Shown here: positions 47,429 through 48,136 of the stretch, piece after piece | Position numbering within the stretch: position 1 is the stretch's first letter | Layout of the letters: every line of letters begins with the position of its first letter | Source: an uncultured Muribaculaceae bacterium | GTDB lineage: Bacteria; Bacteroidota; Bacteroidia; Bacteroidales; UBA932 | Assembly (NCBI GenBank): GCA_964466235.1 | Contig: CAYXMV010000001.1 | Location: 1-48,136 of the forward strand | Length of the DNA stretch: 48,136 nucleotides | Direction of reading: 5' to 3' | Notes under the pieces: model-generated | Seen by the model: only the letters and a program-made list of their open reading frames with translations | What the model was told of the DNA's origin: nothing | Database searches by the model: none | Program-made: the position numbers and the translations under genes

Positions 47429-48060
47429 TGAAGAATTACGTCTATATAATTGCCGGGCTTCCCGACTTCACTCCGGACTGGAGACAGGGGGAGAAGAGCC
47501 TTGACGAATATCTCGGACAGATGAAGGAACTTCTCTCGGAGAAGGACAACGCTGTCGTAAGTTTCGTCGAGAGCGGTTTCGACAAGGAAAAGATCGGGCT
47601 TGAATTCTACAAGGAGGCTCTTTCGGACGGCAGCAGATTCATCAGGGAGTTCTTCCTCTTCGACCTGAACGTCCGCAACGCCAAGGTGAGATACCTCAAT
47701 CAGGCCCTGGCACGAGACCCTCAGAAGGACATTCTTTCGCTTGCATCCCCTGAAGATGAGGAAATGGGACTCGGACAGGAGGAACCGGAGTTCAAGGAGG
47801 CGGCTCAGCTTCAGGCCATCCTTGAAGGCAAGGACATTCTCGCCCGTGAGAGAGGTATAGATGACCTCTACTGGGAAAAGATCGACGAGCTCACCGTATT
47901 CAACTATCTCGACTTCGAGAAGATTCTTGGAATGGTCGTGAAGATGATGATCATCCGCAGATGGCTCATCCTCGACGAGGAGGCCGGACGCGAGATGTTC
48001 AAGCGTCTCGTAGATGAGGTACGCGGCACTTTCAAGGGTGTCGAATATTCAGAAAAATAA
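47428..48060 (+). CDS. DUF2764 family protein (V-ATPase subunit C-like)
   Basis: Y..IAGLPD N-terminus, RERGID..W, RW..LD.E.G; TAATG overlap with subunit E. Confidence 0.82.
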   Translation: MKNYVYIIAGLPDFTPDWRQGEKSLDEYLGQMKELLSEKDNAVVSFVESGFDKEKIGLEFYKEALSDGSRFIREFFLFDLNVRNAKVRYLNQALARDPQKDILSLASPEDEEMGLGQEEPEFKEAAQLQAILEGKDILARERGIDDLYWEKIDELTVFNYLDFEKILGMVVKMMIIRRWLILDEEAGREMFKRLVDEVRGTFKGVEYSEK

Positions 48061-48136
48061 GAAACTGTTTAAAATTTTATAATTTGAAATATTATGATGA
48101 ATTTTCGAGTAGATTTTTTCTGTTTTCAGAGGAGGA

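Noticed and set aside
1..48136. CRISPR array, tRNA/rRNA, integrase or transposase genes
   Set aside because: No regularly spaced repeat-spacer array, cloverleaf or recombinase motifs seen by eye

Overview
A 48-kb piece of Bacteroidales-type chromosome, judged from recurring TAnnTTTG -7 promoter elements, AT-rich SD-less starts and typical gene content. In order it carries: the end of a MacB/FtsX-type ABC export cluster; a cobalamin-riboswitch-controlled TonB-dependent receptor; a thioesterase; pspC-padR-pspC; a frameshifted third ABC permease and a sigma54 (NtrC-type) two-component system; UDG, an S46 (DPP11-type) peptidase, a transglutaminase-like protein and a NYN protein; an SDR resembling bile-acid 12alpha-HSDH; a GH53 galactanase; a complete lplA-gcvT-gcvH-gcvPA-gcvPB-lpdA operon; DUF4301-pdxB-DUF721-recF; a fimbrillin/DUF4832 lipoprotein preceded by an uncalled 39-aa YxxP..LCxS peptide; TPR-yebC; a Na+-pumping methylmalonyl-CoA decarboxylase operon; metH-metF; and the start of a V-type ATPase operon. 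I saw no tRNA, rRNA, CRISPR array or transposase. The most unusual signals are: (1) a family of GTCAT-tagged palindromic (REP-like) repeats found both between genes and in-frame inside housekeeping enzymes (MetH, LpdA, GcvPA), sometimes as 21-nt/7-aa tandem units; (2) the small-peptide plus fimbrillin-enzyme cassette; (3) the putative 12alpha-HSDH with an upstream 24-aa hydrophobic ORF; (4) sigma54-like promoters, one possibly driving an sRNA. All family assignments come from motif recognition only; no searches were run.
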